Positions 48,335 through 57,987 of a stretch of 64,000 bases of DNA are shown here, piece by piece (position 1 is the first letter of the stretch; the number at the start of each line of letters is the position of its first letter). Below the pieces are notes generated by a model that did not search any database, was not told where the DNA came from, and worked only from the letters and a program-made list of their open reading frames with translations. Both the position numbers and the translations under genes were made by a program. The DNA comes from a virus (lineage: Duplodnaviria; Caudoviricetes), in IMG/VR virus record IMGVR_UViG_3300022555_000004; one strand, written 5' to 3'.

Positions 48335-48541
48335 TTAATGTTTAAGCATTCTTGATAATACTTCTCGCATACTTTTTAATTTTTCTTGTGATTTCTTTTT
48401 TATATCACCTTCTGGCATATTTTTTAATAATTCTGATTGTTTTTTTATCATTGATCGTAATGAAATAACTTGAGCATCAGCAAACTCATCAACTTTATGT
48501 TTTACATCTTTAACGTAATCTTTTTCATACATGTCAAGCAT
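48335..48541 (-). CDS. Small hypothetical protein
   Basis: 68-aa helical ORF with a GAGG RBS. Confidence 0.55.
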   Translation of the reverse strand: MLDMYEKDYVKDVKHKVDEFADAQVISLRSMIKKQSELLKNMPEGDIKKKSQEKLKSMREVLSRMLKH

Positions 48542-48555
48542 TATATGTTCCTCCT

Positions 48556-49254
48556 TTATATTGATTTTTCAATTTGTGATAATCTTTTTACCAATCCGTT
48601 TACTGTGCCTTCAGGTATATTTAGTAAAATTGATATTTTATTCCAAGTAAGATTCTTTTTTCTTAATTCAAGTATATCTAAGATAATTTCATCAGAGTAT
48701 TTTTGATGAAATACTCCGATTTTTTGTTTAGTTGATTCAGATAATTTTTTACCTGTTTGCCCTTTGCTATTATTTCTTCTGTGTTCTTCTGTTTGTATTT
48801 TTCCTGTCAGTCCTTTACTTATATTTTCACAATGTTCTTTTGATCGTATTTTTCCTTTAGTGCTTAAACTTATTTGTTTTCGTACTTTAAAAGGGACGAA
48901 TTTTCCTCTGTTACCAATACCTATTTTCTTTTTTGTTTCTTCAGTGGGATGATACCCCGAACTACCTTTTCCTCCAAGAGTTAAATTATATCCATTTGGT
49001 GTAAGTGTGCCTAGCTCTTTTATAAAATAAACTTCTTTTTCGTCAAGATCTTCTCTTGTATTACATTCACATAATATAGACCTCTCAAAATTATCAAATC
49101 CATGTTTTCTCATTGAATTATGAATGTAATGACCAGTACCTTTTATTACATTGGTCTTATGTTCTTTTTTACGAGAATCTAATGTTTTAACTGTTTGACC
49201 AATATATTTTTTGCCGGTGAATATGTTTTTTATTTTATAAATTATACCAAACAT
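48556..49254 (-). CDS. GIY-YIG homing endonuclease (NUMOD3)
   Basis: GIIYKIKNIFTGKKYIGQT, PNGYNLTLGG, HPTEETKKKIG repeats. Confidence 0.9.
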   Translation of the reverse strand: MFGIIYKIKNIFTGKKYIGQTVKTLDSRKKEHKTNVIKGTGHYIHNSMRKHGFDNFERSILCECNTREDLDEKEVYFIKELGTLTPNGYNLTLGGKGSSGYHPTEETKKKIGIGNRGKFVPFKVRKQISLSTKGKIRSKEHCENISKGLTGKIQTEEHRRNNSKGQTGKKLSESTKQKIGVFHQKYSDEIILDILELRKKNLTWNKISILLNIPEGTVNGLVKRLSQIEKSI

Positions 49255-49261
49255 ATTTATT

Positions 49262-50992
49262 TTATAATTGCTTCTCTATTTTTTCTATCATTTTAAAAAT
49301 ATCAAAAAAATATGCTTTTCTGGCTTCTTCAATTGATATAGTTGTTTCGGTAACAATTTCAGGTGTCGCAGTTTTTGGAATATGAATCCACGGAACATCA
49401 AAATCTTTACTTTCGGTTACGGCATTGATCCATGAGGGCTGATTCGATGGGTCAATAACCAAATCCCATGTAATCATGAAATAATCATCATTGACATATC
49501 CATCGCCTTCATTGACTGTTCCAAGACCCCGACTGGAAATACCAATGCGTCCTTCTTTGATTAGTGTTTTAGCGATTTTTCCCATAGGGGTATCAATGAT
49601 TTTAGCTTTTCCAATCAGGTCATTCCCTTGCCATTCAAGTTTTTCAATAAGATGTGAAATGCTTTGTGGTGTAATTTCCGGGCAATTACCTGTAAAGAAC
49701 GATACACTATCATTGTTTCTTACATAAAAATTTTCGTTTTTTACTTGAACACAGTAGACATTACCCTCATAGTATTCTTCCGTAATTTTCATGAACCTAT
49801 TGTCGGGGTATATGCCCTTAGTTGTCATTATTCTCAAAAAATATAAGGGATGTTTATTTTCCGATTTTATAATCCTATCGGCAAATACATAATCTTGTTT
49901 ACATATTTCAACAGTTTTTCTAACAGACAACCCACATTTAAAAGCTATTTCATGGAGATCATCTATCAATTTTTCTGATGTAGAAAATACATCTTTTAAC
50001 TTATCGTTATTTAAAAATCCTCTACCATCGCCTATGCCAAACCAATATAACATTTCTTCTAAACAATCAACAGATAAATTTTTAAATTCGGCGGGTATGT
50101 ATTTATTATAACAATTGCCCAATGGTAACAGAACTTTTGCAAGTCTAACATCTGTAAGTCTAAATGTTATTTTATTCTCATACACTCGTTCTTCCCATAC
50201 CATATCATCGGGAAACCCCTTTAAAAGTGATCGTATTAAATCTGATTTCTCACCGATATTTTGTGCAATACAAACAGTGTTTTTTTCGTTTCTTCCTTTT
50301 GCTAACCAACCTTCTGATAGATATAAGCCCAAGAATCCCACAAAAATTTTCATATCAATAATACTATCTGATGAATATATATTTTTATTTCTATAATACG
50401 ATAATTCATCAATATCAACACCCTTTAGAACATAAACATCGTCTTCACTATTTGAGTGCCACGTTCCGGTTTTGGGGATATATGATTTTTGAATTTTTAG
50501 TGTTTCTGGTGTTCTAACTTCCTCTGATGTAACAAAATAAGGAGTTTCATATCTATTAAATAACAGATGTCGGTGGTTGGGCGTGAATGACATATTAAGT
50601 TGTCTACCAGAGAAGTTAATCATGTTGCCAACAAAGGGAATTTCAATTTTTCGTTTTATTTGGTGATATTCAATATTTCTGGTATCTGTGTTCAATGTTG
50701 CTATAATTTCATTATCTGAAATATTTCTAATTTCCTTCCACCCATCTTTTGTTAACACTTCTGTGTCACCAAATACACAACTTGGATGTGATAATTCGCC
50801 CCATAGGCATTTATTAGCTACCTTTTCCATAAGTTTATCAACTTCACGTTCAAGGGTGGCTTTCTTATAAATTCTATTATTGATATTTTTATTTTCAGCA
50901 GAAGAAAAAACACCTTCTACGAAAATATTTGAATCATCAGATGAATTTACTTTGATGTTTTGTGATACTTCTGTTAAAAGTTTCATTTTCAT
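49262..50992 (-). CDS. gp21: Prohead protease gp21 containing an intein
   Basis: VEGVFSSAENKNINNRIY, WGELSHP, GKAKIIDTPMGKI, GISSRGLG, WDLVIDPS. Confidence 0.93.
   Translation of the reverse strand: MKMKLLTEVSQNIKVNSSDDSNIFVEGVFSSAENKNINNRIYKKATLEREVDKLMEKVANKCLWGELSHPSCVFGDTEVLTKDGWKEIRNISDNEIIATLNTDTRNIEYHQIKRKIEIPFVGNMINFSGRQLNMSFTPNHRHLLFNRYETPYFVTSEEVRTPETLKIQKSYIPKTGTWHSNSEDDVYVLKGVDIDELSYYRNKNIYSSDSIIDMKIFVGFLGLYLSEGWLAKGRNEKNTVCIAQNIGEKSDLIRSLLKGFPDDMVWEERVYENKITFRLTDVRLAKVLLPLGNCYNKYIPAEFKNLSVDCLEEMLYWFGIGDGRGFLNNDKLKDVFSTSEKLIDDLHEIAFKCGLSVRKTVEICKQDYVFADRIIKSENKHPLYFLRIMTTKGIYPDNRFMKITEEYYEGNVYCVQVKNENFYVRNNDSVSFFTGNCPEITPQSISHLIEKLEWQGNDLIGKAKIIDTPMGKIAKTLIKEGRIGISSRGLGTVNEGDGYVNDDYFMITWDLVIDPSNQPSWINAVTESKDFDVPWIHIPKTATPEIVTETTISIEEARKAYFFDIFKMIEKIEKQL
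49685..50779 (-). mobile_element. gp21 intein (365 aa, LAGLIDADG)
   Basis: HPS|CVFGDTEVLT...FTPNH...FFTGN|CPEI; FLGLYLSEG and WFGIGDG motifs. Confidence 0.9.
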
Positions 50993-51010
50993 TATGTTTA
51001 TTACTCCTAA

Positions 51011-51436
51011 TTATTCTTCGGTTACTACATCGCCTACGCCTGCTGGAACTGCGCCGCCAACAGCACCAAATCTAATTTGATAAACACTAGCAACCGTTTG
51101 CCAAATAATTTTCGATTTCAATGGGAAACGTGTAACCAATTGCTGGATTACTTCAAAAGCGTCAACATATTTCTGTGGTGTATTAGCTTTTTCTAATCTG
51201 AATTGAATTCGTCTTAGACCTGTTGATAGATTATTATATTCGCCAGGTTTGATGCCAGTTTCATTTGGCTCTAACATAGTTTCATCCAATTTCTTTTTCT
51301 TTTCATCTTTTTCGTCATCGTCATCATCGCCATCATCTTTTTTGCCTTTTTTAAGCCAAGGGGGCAGACCTTTTTTCTTTTCGTCTTCTTCGCCCACTAG
51401 AAATGTGCCGATTCTATCTTCAACTGATTTTGTCAT
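51011..51436 (-). CDS. Hypothetical protein, possible prohead core protein
   Basis: Position between portal and protease; highly charged K/D tract. Confidence 0.5.
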   Translation of the reverse strand: MTKSVEDRIGTFLVGEEDEKKKGLPPWLKKGKKDDGDDDDDEKDEKKKKLDETMLEPNETGIKPGEYNNLSTGLRRIQFRLEKANTPQKYVDAFEVIQQLVTRFPLKSKIIWQTVASVYQIRFGAVGGAVPAGVGDVVTEE

Positions 51437-51471
51437 TATAAATAATCCTCCCTATAACATGTTTCTCTTAT

Positions 51472-51756
51472 TTATATTTTTTTCTTTTTTGTTAGTAATC
51501 TTTTTTTAGGTTCTGGTTTAGGTTCTGGCTCTGGTTCGGGATCATCCATCGTCATAGGATCTGTTGTTTTGATATTCGGTGCCGTACCTGGCTCAACTGC
51601 CACAAATTGTTGTTCAATATCATTTTTTAATCCCAATTTAGCTTTAAGAAAATCATTCTTAGCCTGTTTAATCTGTCCCTGAACTAATTCTTTAGCATGT
51701 AAAAAATCATCTGATTCAAACGAATCTAGGGCCGCCTTTATTACTCTGTCGTCCAT
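51472..51756 (-). CDS. Hypothetical protein, possible prohead core protein (gp67-like position)
   Basis: Immediately downstream of portal; GGAGG RBS; PEPEPKP tail. Confidence 0.5.
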   Translation of the reverse strand: MDDRVIKAALDSFESDDFLHAKELVQGQIKQAKNDFLKAKLGLKNDIEQQFVAVEPGTAPNIKTTDPMTMDDPEPEPEPKPEPKKRLLTKKKKI

Positions 51757-51831
51757 TACAAAAATACCTCCGTAACATTATTATTTATTTCACAATATAT
51801 TTATAGGTTATATTATGGACATGTAAACATA

Positions 51832-54762
51832 CTAAAATCCAGTATCTTCTTGCCCGCCCGGTGGCATACTCATATCAGGTGCTTGCTCTTCGCCAGTACC
51901 CATTCCCTGCATCTGCATAGTAATCATACCAGGTGCTATTCCACCGGCACCATAACTATCAGCAGCATCCAAAACTTCATCAGGTGGGAAGTATTTCTTA
52001 TCGTTTTTAAATCCTTCTCTATTTTCTAACAATTCATCTTCCGTCCAATGTAAATATTTCTTTACAAGATACGATTTAGAAAATTCAGCATTTTGACATA
52101 GAGCATTATAGTTTTGAAATGCCTGTTCCAAGAACCCTTGATGCATTTGTTCTTTATAATGTGATGGTGGGTTCATTCTAATGGTAAAACTATTTTCTGT
52201 CAAACTATATTGTTTTTTGATTCCTTTGAAATCAAGATGTAACAAGAATAAATCGACCAATTCATTACAGAACTTTCGTTGTTGACGTTCTAGGAATTTT
52301 GCCCATTTTATTTCATCTCTTGAAATTTGGCCTGATCCTGTGCCGCCAAACATTACTTCTTGTCCTTGTTCTACACCTTGGGTTATTCTTGATATAGGGT
52401 ATTTCAATGCTCTATATAATTTATGACTAAAATAGAAAATATCTGTTAGTTCAGTAAATCCAGCAGCATTTCCACCAACACTCGTTATGTCAGATCCACG
52501 ACCTTCAGATGAATTCTTCACGAATATACCTGCTGTCATGGCAAAGTTATGATTATTACCATTATTTTTAATTGTAAGACAACCTGTATCTTCTTTCACA
52601 TCAAGATATTCCACTTTTACTACTTTGTGATTTATAACTATACTCTGTTTGAATTCTGTATATGTTTTACATCCAAACTCTTTATTCAAAATTGTATAGA
52701 AACTTGATTTTCCTAAATGGGTTTTATGGACGTTTTTTATATTTTGATTTATTTGTGACCAATGTTCTATAAATTCTTTGTTGTTTGATAGATTTATCAA
52801 CATTTCATCAAAAGATGGATTATTCTTTACATACTCATAGACAATGTAGTGTGCTGTCTTATAATCAGTTTTAGATGATTGGACATCACTCATATGATTT
52901 GCAAATTCCTCATTTTTCCAACGATTTGCTGATGATTGTGAAGATTTTTCTCTGTATTCACAATCCGTTGCCCATTTATTTTGTATACTTTCTTTTACTT
53001 TATCATTATGGGCTTGTGTCTTTGGCTTACTGACATTTTCATAGAATATTTCATAATTATCAGACCAATTCTTTTTCATCAGTGTAGACATTTTTATTCT
53101 TTCATCGACATCTTCAAATCGTTTATACATCGCTTTACTCGCCGCGATTTTTTGTTTTTCCCTATTTTCCGGTTTATTCAATGCTTCTAACATTGGAATA
53201 TGCGATTTTCTTTCGACATTGGAATTGTGATGAAGGGTTATATGTTCCTTTATTGGCAATGATGTTAAATTATTAGGTTCATTATTAAACCTATTGAAAT
53301 CCATGTGATGTATGGCATTACCTCTTTTTTGCATAGGCCCAAATTCTCTATGTGCATACTTCCATTCATTGTCTTTCATGTCATAAAACATAGTATAGTC
53401 ATTGGTGTTTTTATTCAATTTTTCTGTTTTTGAATAAAATGGCATCAGTGATATACCCTCTGTCAAGTGTATTGCCTCTACTTCATTTCCGTCTCTGGTA
53501 ACAAATTTGTGGTCGGGTGTGCAATCAATATATTCATTATTATCAAGAGTAACTCTAACCATTTCTGCGTTCTTTCGAGTAATGCCGGCCCATTCTATTT
53601 CACCTGACATTATTTTACCAGATTTTTGGTCTATTGAGTAAACATAATTTTTCTTACCATTATCATGTTCATTGATGATGTCAGAAAGTGGTAAAATACG
53701 ACCATCAATAAGGTTGATTTTATTGGATAATCGGAGGCACTGTGGCATAAAATAATTTTCAAGTATATTGAATACTTCTGGTTCGTTTGTCAATGATCCT
53801 GTTTGTGGGTTATATGATTGTTTTTTGATAAACGATTGTTTTATTTTTTCCACAAATTTCATGGCTTTATCACGTGGCATAGCCCCAGTATCAATCTTGA
53901 ATACTAATCTTTCAGGTGAACGGATAAGTCTATAGATAACAACGGATGTTTCCAATAATTTCAATTGATTGTATGGAACTTTGGCTTTTTCTAAATATCC
54001 AAGAATATTAAGTTTTGTTGCCCCATAAATGCCGTAGTTTATGAATCCAATTTGGGCAGGTTCAAACATGATAAGTTTGCCTTGTTGAACGTCTTTCAGG
54101 GCCATTTCTCTACTAGGCGGGCGTCTAAAATTAGGAACGAGATATTGATAATAACCCATAATTCGTCCAGTTTTTGGCTCATATTCATAGTCCATTGTTT
54201 CAGTAGGAAGCTTTTTGACAGCAAGAATTCCTTTGTTCTTGTTGTTGAGATCTATTACTCTTTCATAAAATATTTTTCCATCAATAAGATATGTTCTCAA
54301 CCAATCCCACAAGGTATCATTGACATCAATTCGTTCATAGAATAATGATTTGAATTCCCTGTATAATATTTTACTAATATTGTCGTTTTCAGAAATTTTG
54401 TCATCGGTAAGATCTAATGATAATAGATTTTCGTGTTCATCTATATCACACATTTCATTACAGGCGTCTTCAATAACATCCGATATTTCAGGATATTCTG
54501 ACATTTTTCTATATTCAATTACTCGTTGATATTCATTTTCAAAAGCTCTGTTGATATAAGAATTATAGAATGAATTGAAACTACCCATTCCAGTGGCGCC
54601 ATATCCGCCCATTTGTAACATGGCAACGTCTTCAACACCTTCACCTGTACGATTTTTAAAATCTGAAGCGGTCATGTTGGCTTCGTCATCTTTACCTTTG
54701 AAGGCTTTTAGACTTTCATCGACTCTATTTTTTCCTGTGAACACATCATACCATGCCATCAA
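51832..54762 (-). CDS. gp20: Portal protein gp20 containing an intein
   Basis: YRKMSEYPEI, YLIDGKIF, GYLEKAKVPYNQLKLLETSVVIYRLIRSPERLVFKIDTG, YRALKYPISR, DEIKWAKF. Confidence 0.95.
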   Translation of the reverse strand: MMAWYDVFTGKNRVDESLKAFKGKDDEANMTASDFKNRTGEGVEDVAMLQMGGYGATGMGSFNSFYNSYINRAFENEYQRVIEYRKMSEYPEISDVIEDACNEMCDIDEHENLLSLDLTDDKISENDNISKILYREFKSLFYERIDVNDTLWDWLRTYLIDGKIFYERVIDLNNKNKGILAVKKLPTETMDYEYEPKTGRIMGYYQYLVPNFRRPPSREMALKDVQQGKLIMFEPAQIGFINYGIYGATKLNILGYLEKAKVPYNQLKLLETSVVIYRLIRSPERLVFKIDTGAMPRDKAMKFVEKIKQSFIKKQSYNPQTGSLTNEPEVFNILENYFMPQCLRLSNKINLIDGRILPLSDIINEHDNGKKNYVYSIDQKSGKIMSGEIEWAGITRKNAEMVRVTLDNNEYIDCTPDHKFVTRDGNEVEAIHLTEGISLMPFYSKTEKLNKNTNDYTMFYDMKDNEWKYAHREFGPMQKRGNAIHHMDFNRFNNEPNNLTSLPIKEHITLHHNSNVERKSHIPMLEALNKPENREKQKIAASKAMYKRFEDVDERIKMSTLMKKNWSDNYEIFYENVSKPKTQAHNDKVKESIQNKWATDCEYREKSSQSSANRWKNEEFANHMSDVQSSKTDYKTAHYIVYEYVKNNPSFDEMLINLSNNKEFIEHWSQINQNIKNVHKTHLGKSSFYTILNKEFGCKTYTEFKQSIVINHKVVKVEYLDVKEDTGCLTIKNNGNNHNFAMTAGIFVKNSSEGRGSDITSVGGNAAGFTELTDIFYFSHKLYRALKYPISRITQGVEQGQEVMFGGTGSGQISRDEIKWAKFLERQQRKFCNELVDLFLLHLDFKGIKKQYSLTENSFTIRMNPPSHYKEQMHQGFLEQAFQNYNALCQNAEFSKSYLVKKYLHWTEDELLENREGFKNDKKYFPPDEVLDAADSYGAGGIAPGMITMQMQGMGTGEEQAPDMSMPPGGQEDTGF
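52513..53739 (-). mobile_element. Portal intein (409 aa) carrying an HNH-type endonuclease
   Basis: MPQ|CLRLSNKI...CTPDH...IHHMDFNRFNNEPNNL...GIFVKN|SSEGRG. Confidence 0.9.
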
Positions 54763-54771
54763 TCATTACCT

Positions 54772-56208
54772 CTATTTTGTATTGGACGTTCCTTCAAGTA
54801 ATTCTATTATTCTATTCATTGATTTTTTCAATTCCGATGTTTCGCCTTTCAACCCATTGATTTCATTCATAATATTGGGTGATGTGATAACCTCTACATT
54901 TGATTTTTCCGGCAATATTGAACGTGCCTGATCATTGAGTCCACCTGAATATGATGTATTATAACAATGACATCCAAAATCCAATGATGGATCCAATTTC
55001 TTAATTTCATGTGGTGTTCCTTCTAGGTAACACATATTATTACAAGTACACGATCCTTTCATATTTCCGCCCATGTTTGAGATATTAGGAAATTTAAAAT
55101 TATTTACTTTCAACAATTTATGATAGTATCTAATAGCATTTCCAAGTCTATCCATCCATTTACAATAAACATCTGGTGGTGTGTTTATAGCTCCGGTCAA
55201 ATCAAAGTTTACAGCATAACAAGACATATCACATAAATTACCATACCACTGGCAATTACGACATTTATCTTGAACTGGATATTGCATAAAATCTATAAAT
55301 TGTCGCCTGAACTCTGGTCTTAAAATACCATCGTCTATTGTGCCCAAATAAGCTTTATCTTGCCATTTTCTACCATCATATTTGTTGAATCTATGACAAG
55401 GATAAATAACGCCATCAACTGAAATTGCTGAGTAAAATCTACCAGCACCGCATGGGAAAGACGGTATTTTTTTATTTCGTTCAATGTTCAAAGCGCCATC
55501 ATCAAGATGTTTTACATCTAATGGTAGTCCTTTTTTTCTTGTTTCGATCATAAAGTCGGCCAATAACATCATTTGTTCTTCGGCCACATCAAAATCTTTT
55601 TCAGTCCAATCCATTTCAAAAACTGGGGAAAACATTTGTGATCTAACACCTTGATTATAGAAATATTTGATACTCTCCATCAATTTTCCCATTGTATCGG
55701 GTGTTGGCGCCATCCTTGTTCTAATAAATGGTATTTTTTCAATAATATGTGGTAAATTCTTCATAATATCATCGAAACTGCTACCATTCTTTATGGCGGT
55801 TGGTCTGTATAAATCTTGAACTTCTTTTATGCCATCAATAGACATCATAAAATATGATCTATGGTCGTTCATCCATTTGACAACTTCTGTCGTCATCAAT
55901 GTTCCATTGGATGTACCGCCAATGGATAATTTTTTCTTTTCTTTGTTGGCTTTTTCTAAAGCATAATCTGATAATCGTTTCATCAAGTCAAATTTTAAGA
56001 ACGGTTCACCGCCCCACCAATCCAATGATAAAACATCGGATTGACTTATTTCGTCTTTGAATATCCAATCTATCGTTTTGATGCCTTGTTTAAGGGTCAA
56101 ATCTCTTTTGCCTATACCATAAGTAAAACAATACTTACATCTAAGGTTACATTTTTCTGTAATGTCAACCGTACATTTGTTGATGGGAAAATCTAATTTT
56201 TTTAACAT
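54772..56208 (-). CDS. Radical SAM/SPASM maturase-like enzyme with a C-terminal CxCxxxCY-containing tail
   Basis: CNLRCKYC, WWGGEPFL, TSNGTL, SIDG; SPASM CGAGRFYSAISVDGVIYPCHRF...CRNC..YGNLCDMSCY. Confidence 0.92.
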   Translation of the reverse strand: MLKKLDFPINKCTVDITEKCNLRCKYCFTYGIGKRDLTLKQGIKTIDWIFKDEISQSDVLSLDWWGGEPFLKFDLMKRLSDYALEKANKEKKKLSIGGTSNGTLMTTEVVKWMNDHRSYFMMSIDGIKEVQDLYRPTAIKNGSSFDDIMKNLPHIIEKIPFIRTRMAPTPDTMGKLMESIKYFYNQGVRSQMFSPVFEMDWTEKDFDVAEEQMMLLADFMIETRKKGLPLDVKHLDDGALNIERNKKIPSFPCGAGRFYSAISVDGVIYPCHRFNKYDGRKWQDKAYLGTIDDGILRPEFRRQFIDFMQYPVQDKCRNCQWYGNLCDMSCYAVNFDLTGAINTPPDVYCKWMDRLGNAIRYYHKLLKVNNFKFPNISNMGGNMKGSCTCNNMCYLEGTPHEIKKLDPSLDFGCHCYNTSYSGGLNDQARSILPEKSNVEVITSPNIMNEINGLKGETSELKKSMNRIIELLEGTSNTK

Positions 56209-56229
56209 TTTTACCTCACATTTTTATTT

Positions 56230-57900
56230 TTATGATGGTTCTGAATAACAAACGTCATCACATACACATTGATTATATAAGTAACAAGTAGCATCACATG
56301 AGCATCCGGTATCAGAATAACAAGACGTATTACATGTGCATAGTGTATCTCCATGGCATGTTGCATTACAACTACATGTTGACTGGTGATAACATGTTGC
56401 ATTACATGAACATATTGGTTCAAGATAACAGTGGTGGTCACATATACAAATATTATCACCATAACATGTTTGATAACATGAACATGGTGTAATTCCATGT
56501 CCGGTGCCATAACATGTGCAGGACGATTCTCCATCACATGTGCCATCACATGTGCATGATGGTAGACCATATTCAACTGTATCACAAGCGCATACTGATT
56601 GAATATAACACAAATTGTCACATGTACAGTTTAGTGATACGAGATATGTTGTAAAATTACACGATACACATGCTGAATACCCATAACAAGGGCCATCACA
56701 TGTGCATGTTACTTCTTGATAACACATTTTATCACACGTACAGGTATATACTCCATCATAATACATTCCTTTACTACACATAAAATCCGATTGGCACCCG
56801 CTCCAGCTACCATAACTGATAGGGTTATCACACGTACATCCTGTATATCCGTATTGTGTAGTATTACATTCTGAACATGGTGTATTGCCATAACATGTAT
56901 CATCACATGTGCATGTTTGGGTTATTCCATATTGTGTATCGTCACACGTACATGGACTAGAATAATATTTTGTTCCATCACAGGTACAAGCGACATAATT
57001 ATAACAAGGGCCATCACATGTGCAAGAAGCATACCCATAACAAGGGCCATCACAGGTACATGTAGATATATAACCATAACAAGGGCCATTACATGAACAA
57101 TGTGAGTATTCTGTTTCATCACACGAACACGATCCGCCGTAAAATACCATGTTACATGTGCATGCTACGTATGTATAACATGTTGCGTTACATGTGCATG
57201 GTGTGTCACCATAACATGTATTGTTACATGAACACGATACATCACCATAACATGTATTGTTACATGAACATGGGGAGTCTCCATAACACGCATTATCACA
57301 TGTACAAACGGCTTCGTTTGTATCGCGAAGGGCTTTTATAATCCATTTTACATATGTATGTTTAGGTTGGGGTTGTGTTACGGCGGTTCCCCATTGATGT
57401 GTTGCTGACGTACCAACGGAATGTGTGGAATCACGCCCTTTTAGGTATTGACTTCTATAATCAGGAAGATTAAAATGACCATTTATATTTACTGCACCAT
57501 ACATGTATTCTAAAACATGGAACAGATCAGTATATACATTTATATCAACAGATGCGCCATTACATTCAAGAAATCCGGTTGGTGGTGTTTCTGTTGCCCA
57601 CGCTAAAACGGTTCCAACCGGAAGAACAGAACCCCCTGTTGGTGTTTTCCATTCACCCTGCCCGTTTAGAAATCGTGATCTACTATCCGGTAATTGTGGA
57701 GCGAGACCATTTTTTGTTGTTGTTACTACTGAATTATCAGCAACTTCTACCCATGAGTCAACATCTCCGTAGTATAATTTTTGGGTATCAATTGTATATA
57801 TTACTCTGCCTTCATCGTTGGCAGATGACGTAAATGCCGGTTTAGTTGTCACCCTTTGTATTTTTACTGGGCCTCTAGCATCAATTTCATGGAATTCCAT
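56230..57900 (-). CDS. Tail-collar-domain fibre protein with about 29 Cys-rich repeats
   Basis: Collar motif LPVGTVLAW...PTGFLECNGA...YTDLF...FNLPDYR, then C-x-C-[DN]-x-x-C-Y repeats to the C-terminus; TATAAATA at 57935. Confidence 0.85.
   Translation of the reverse strand: MEFHEIDARGPVKIQRVTTKPAFTSSANDEGRVIYTIDTQKLYYGDVDSWVEVADNSVVTTTKNGLAPQLPDSRSRFLNGQGEWKTPTGGSVLPVGTVLAWATETPPTGFLECNGASVDINVYTDLFHVLEYMYGAVNINGHFNLPDYRSQYLKGRDSTHSVGTSATHQWGTAVTQPQPKHTYVKWIIKALRDTNEAVCTCDNACYGDSPCSCNNTCYGDVSCSCNNTCYGDTPCTCNATCYTYVACTCNMVFYGGSCSCDETEYSHCSCNGPCYGYISTCTCDGPCYGYASCTCDGPCYNYVACTCDGTKYYSSPCTCDDTQYGITQTCTCDDTCYGNTPCSECNTTQYGYTGCTCDNPISYGSWSGCQSDFMCSKGMYYDGVYTCTCDKMCYQEVTCTCDGPCYGYSACVSCNFTTYLVSLNCTCDNLCYIQSVCACDTVEYGLPSCTCDGTCDGESSCTCYGTGHGITPCSCYQTCYGDNICICDHHCYLEPICSCNATCYHQSTCSCNATCHGDTLCTCNTSCYSDTGCSCDATCYLYNQCVCDDVCYSEPS
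56233..57306 (-). repeat. Degenerate ~36-nt (12-aa) tandem repeat, C-x-C-[DN]-x-x-C-Y-G-x-x-x
   Basis: About 29 units counted by hand, roughly 77 Cys in ~358 aa. Confidence 0.9.
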
Positions 57901-57987
57901 ATGTATTACACCTCTGTTAGATTCTTATATTCATTATTTATAAGAATTAACATATTTAACTAATATTTTTTCTGAATACAGAAAAAT

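Noticed and set aside
56211-57289. Alternative-frame His/Met/Val-rich ORFs in the Cys-repeat gene, and 63535..63969 in the collagen gene
   Set aside because: These are frame-shifted readings of repetitive DNA; the main frame explains the periodicity.
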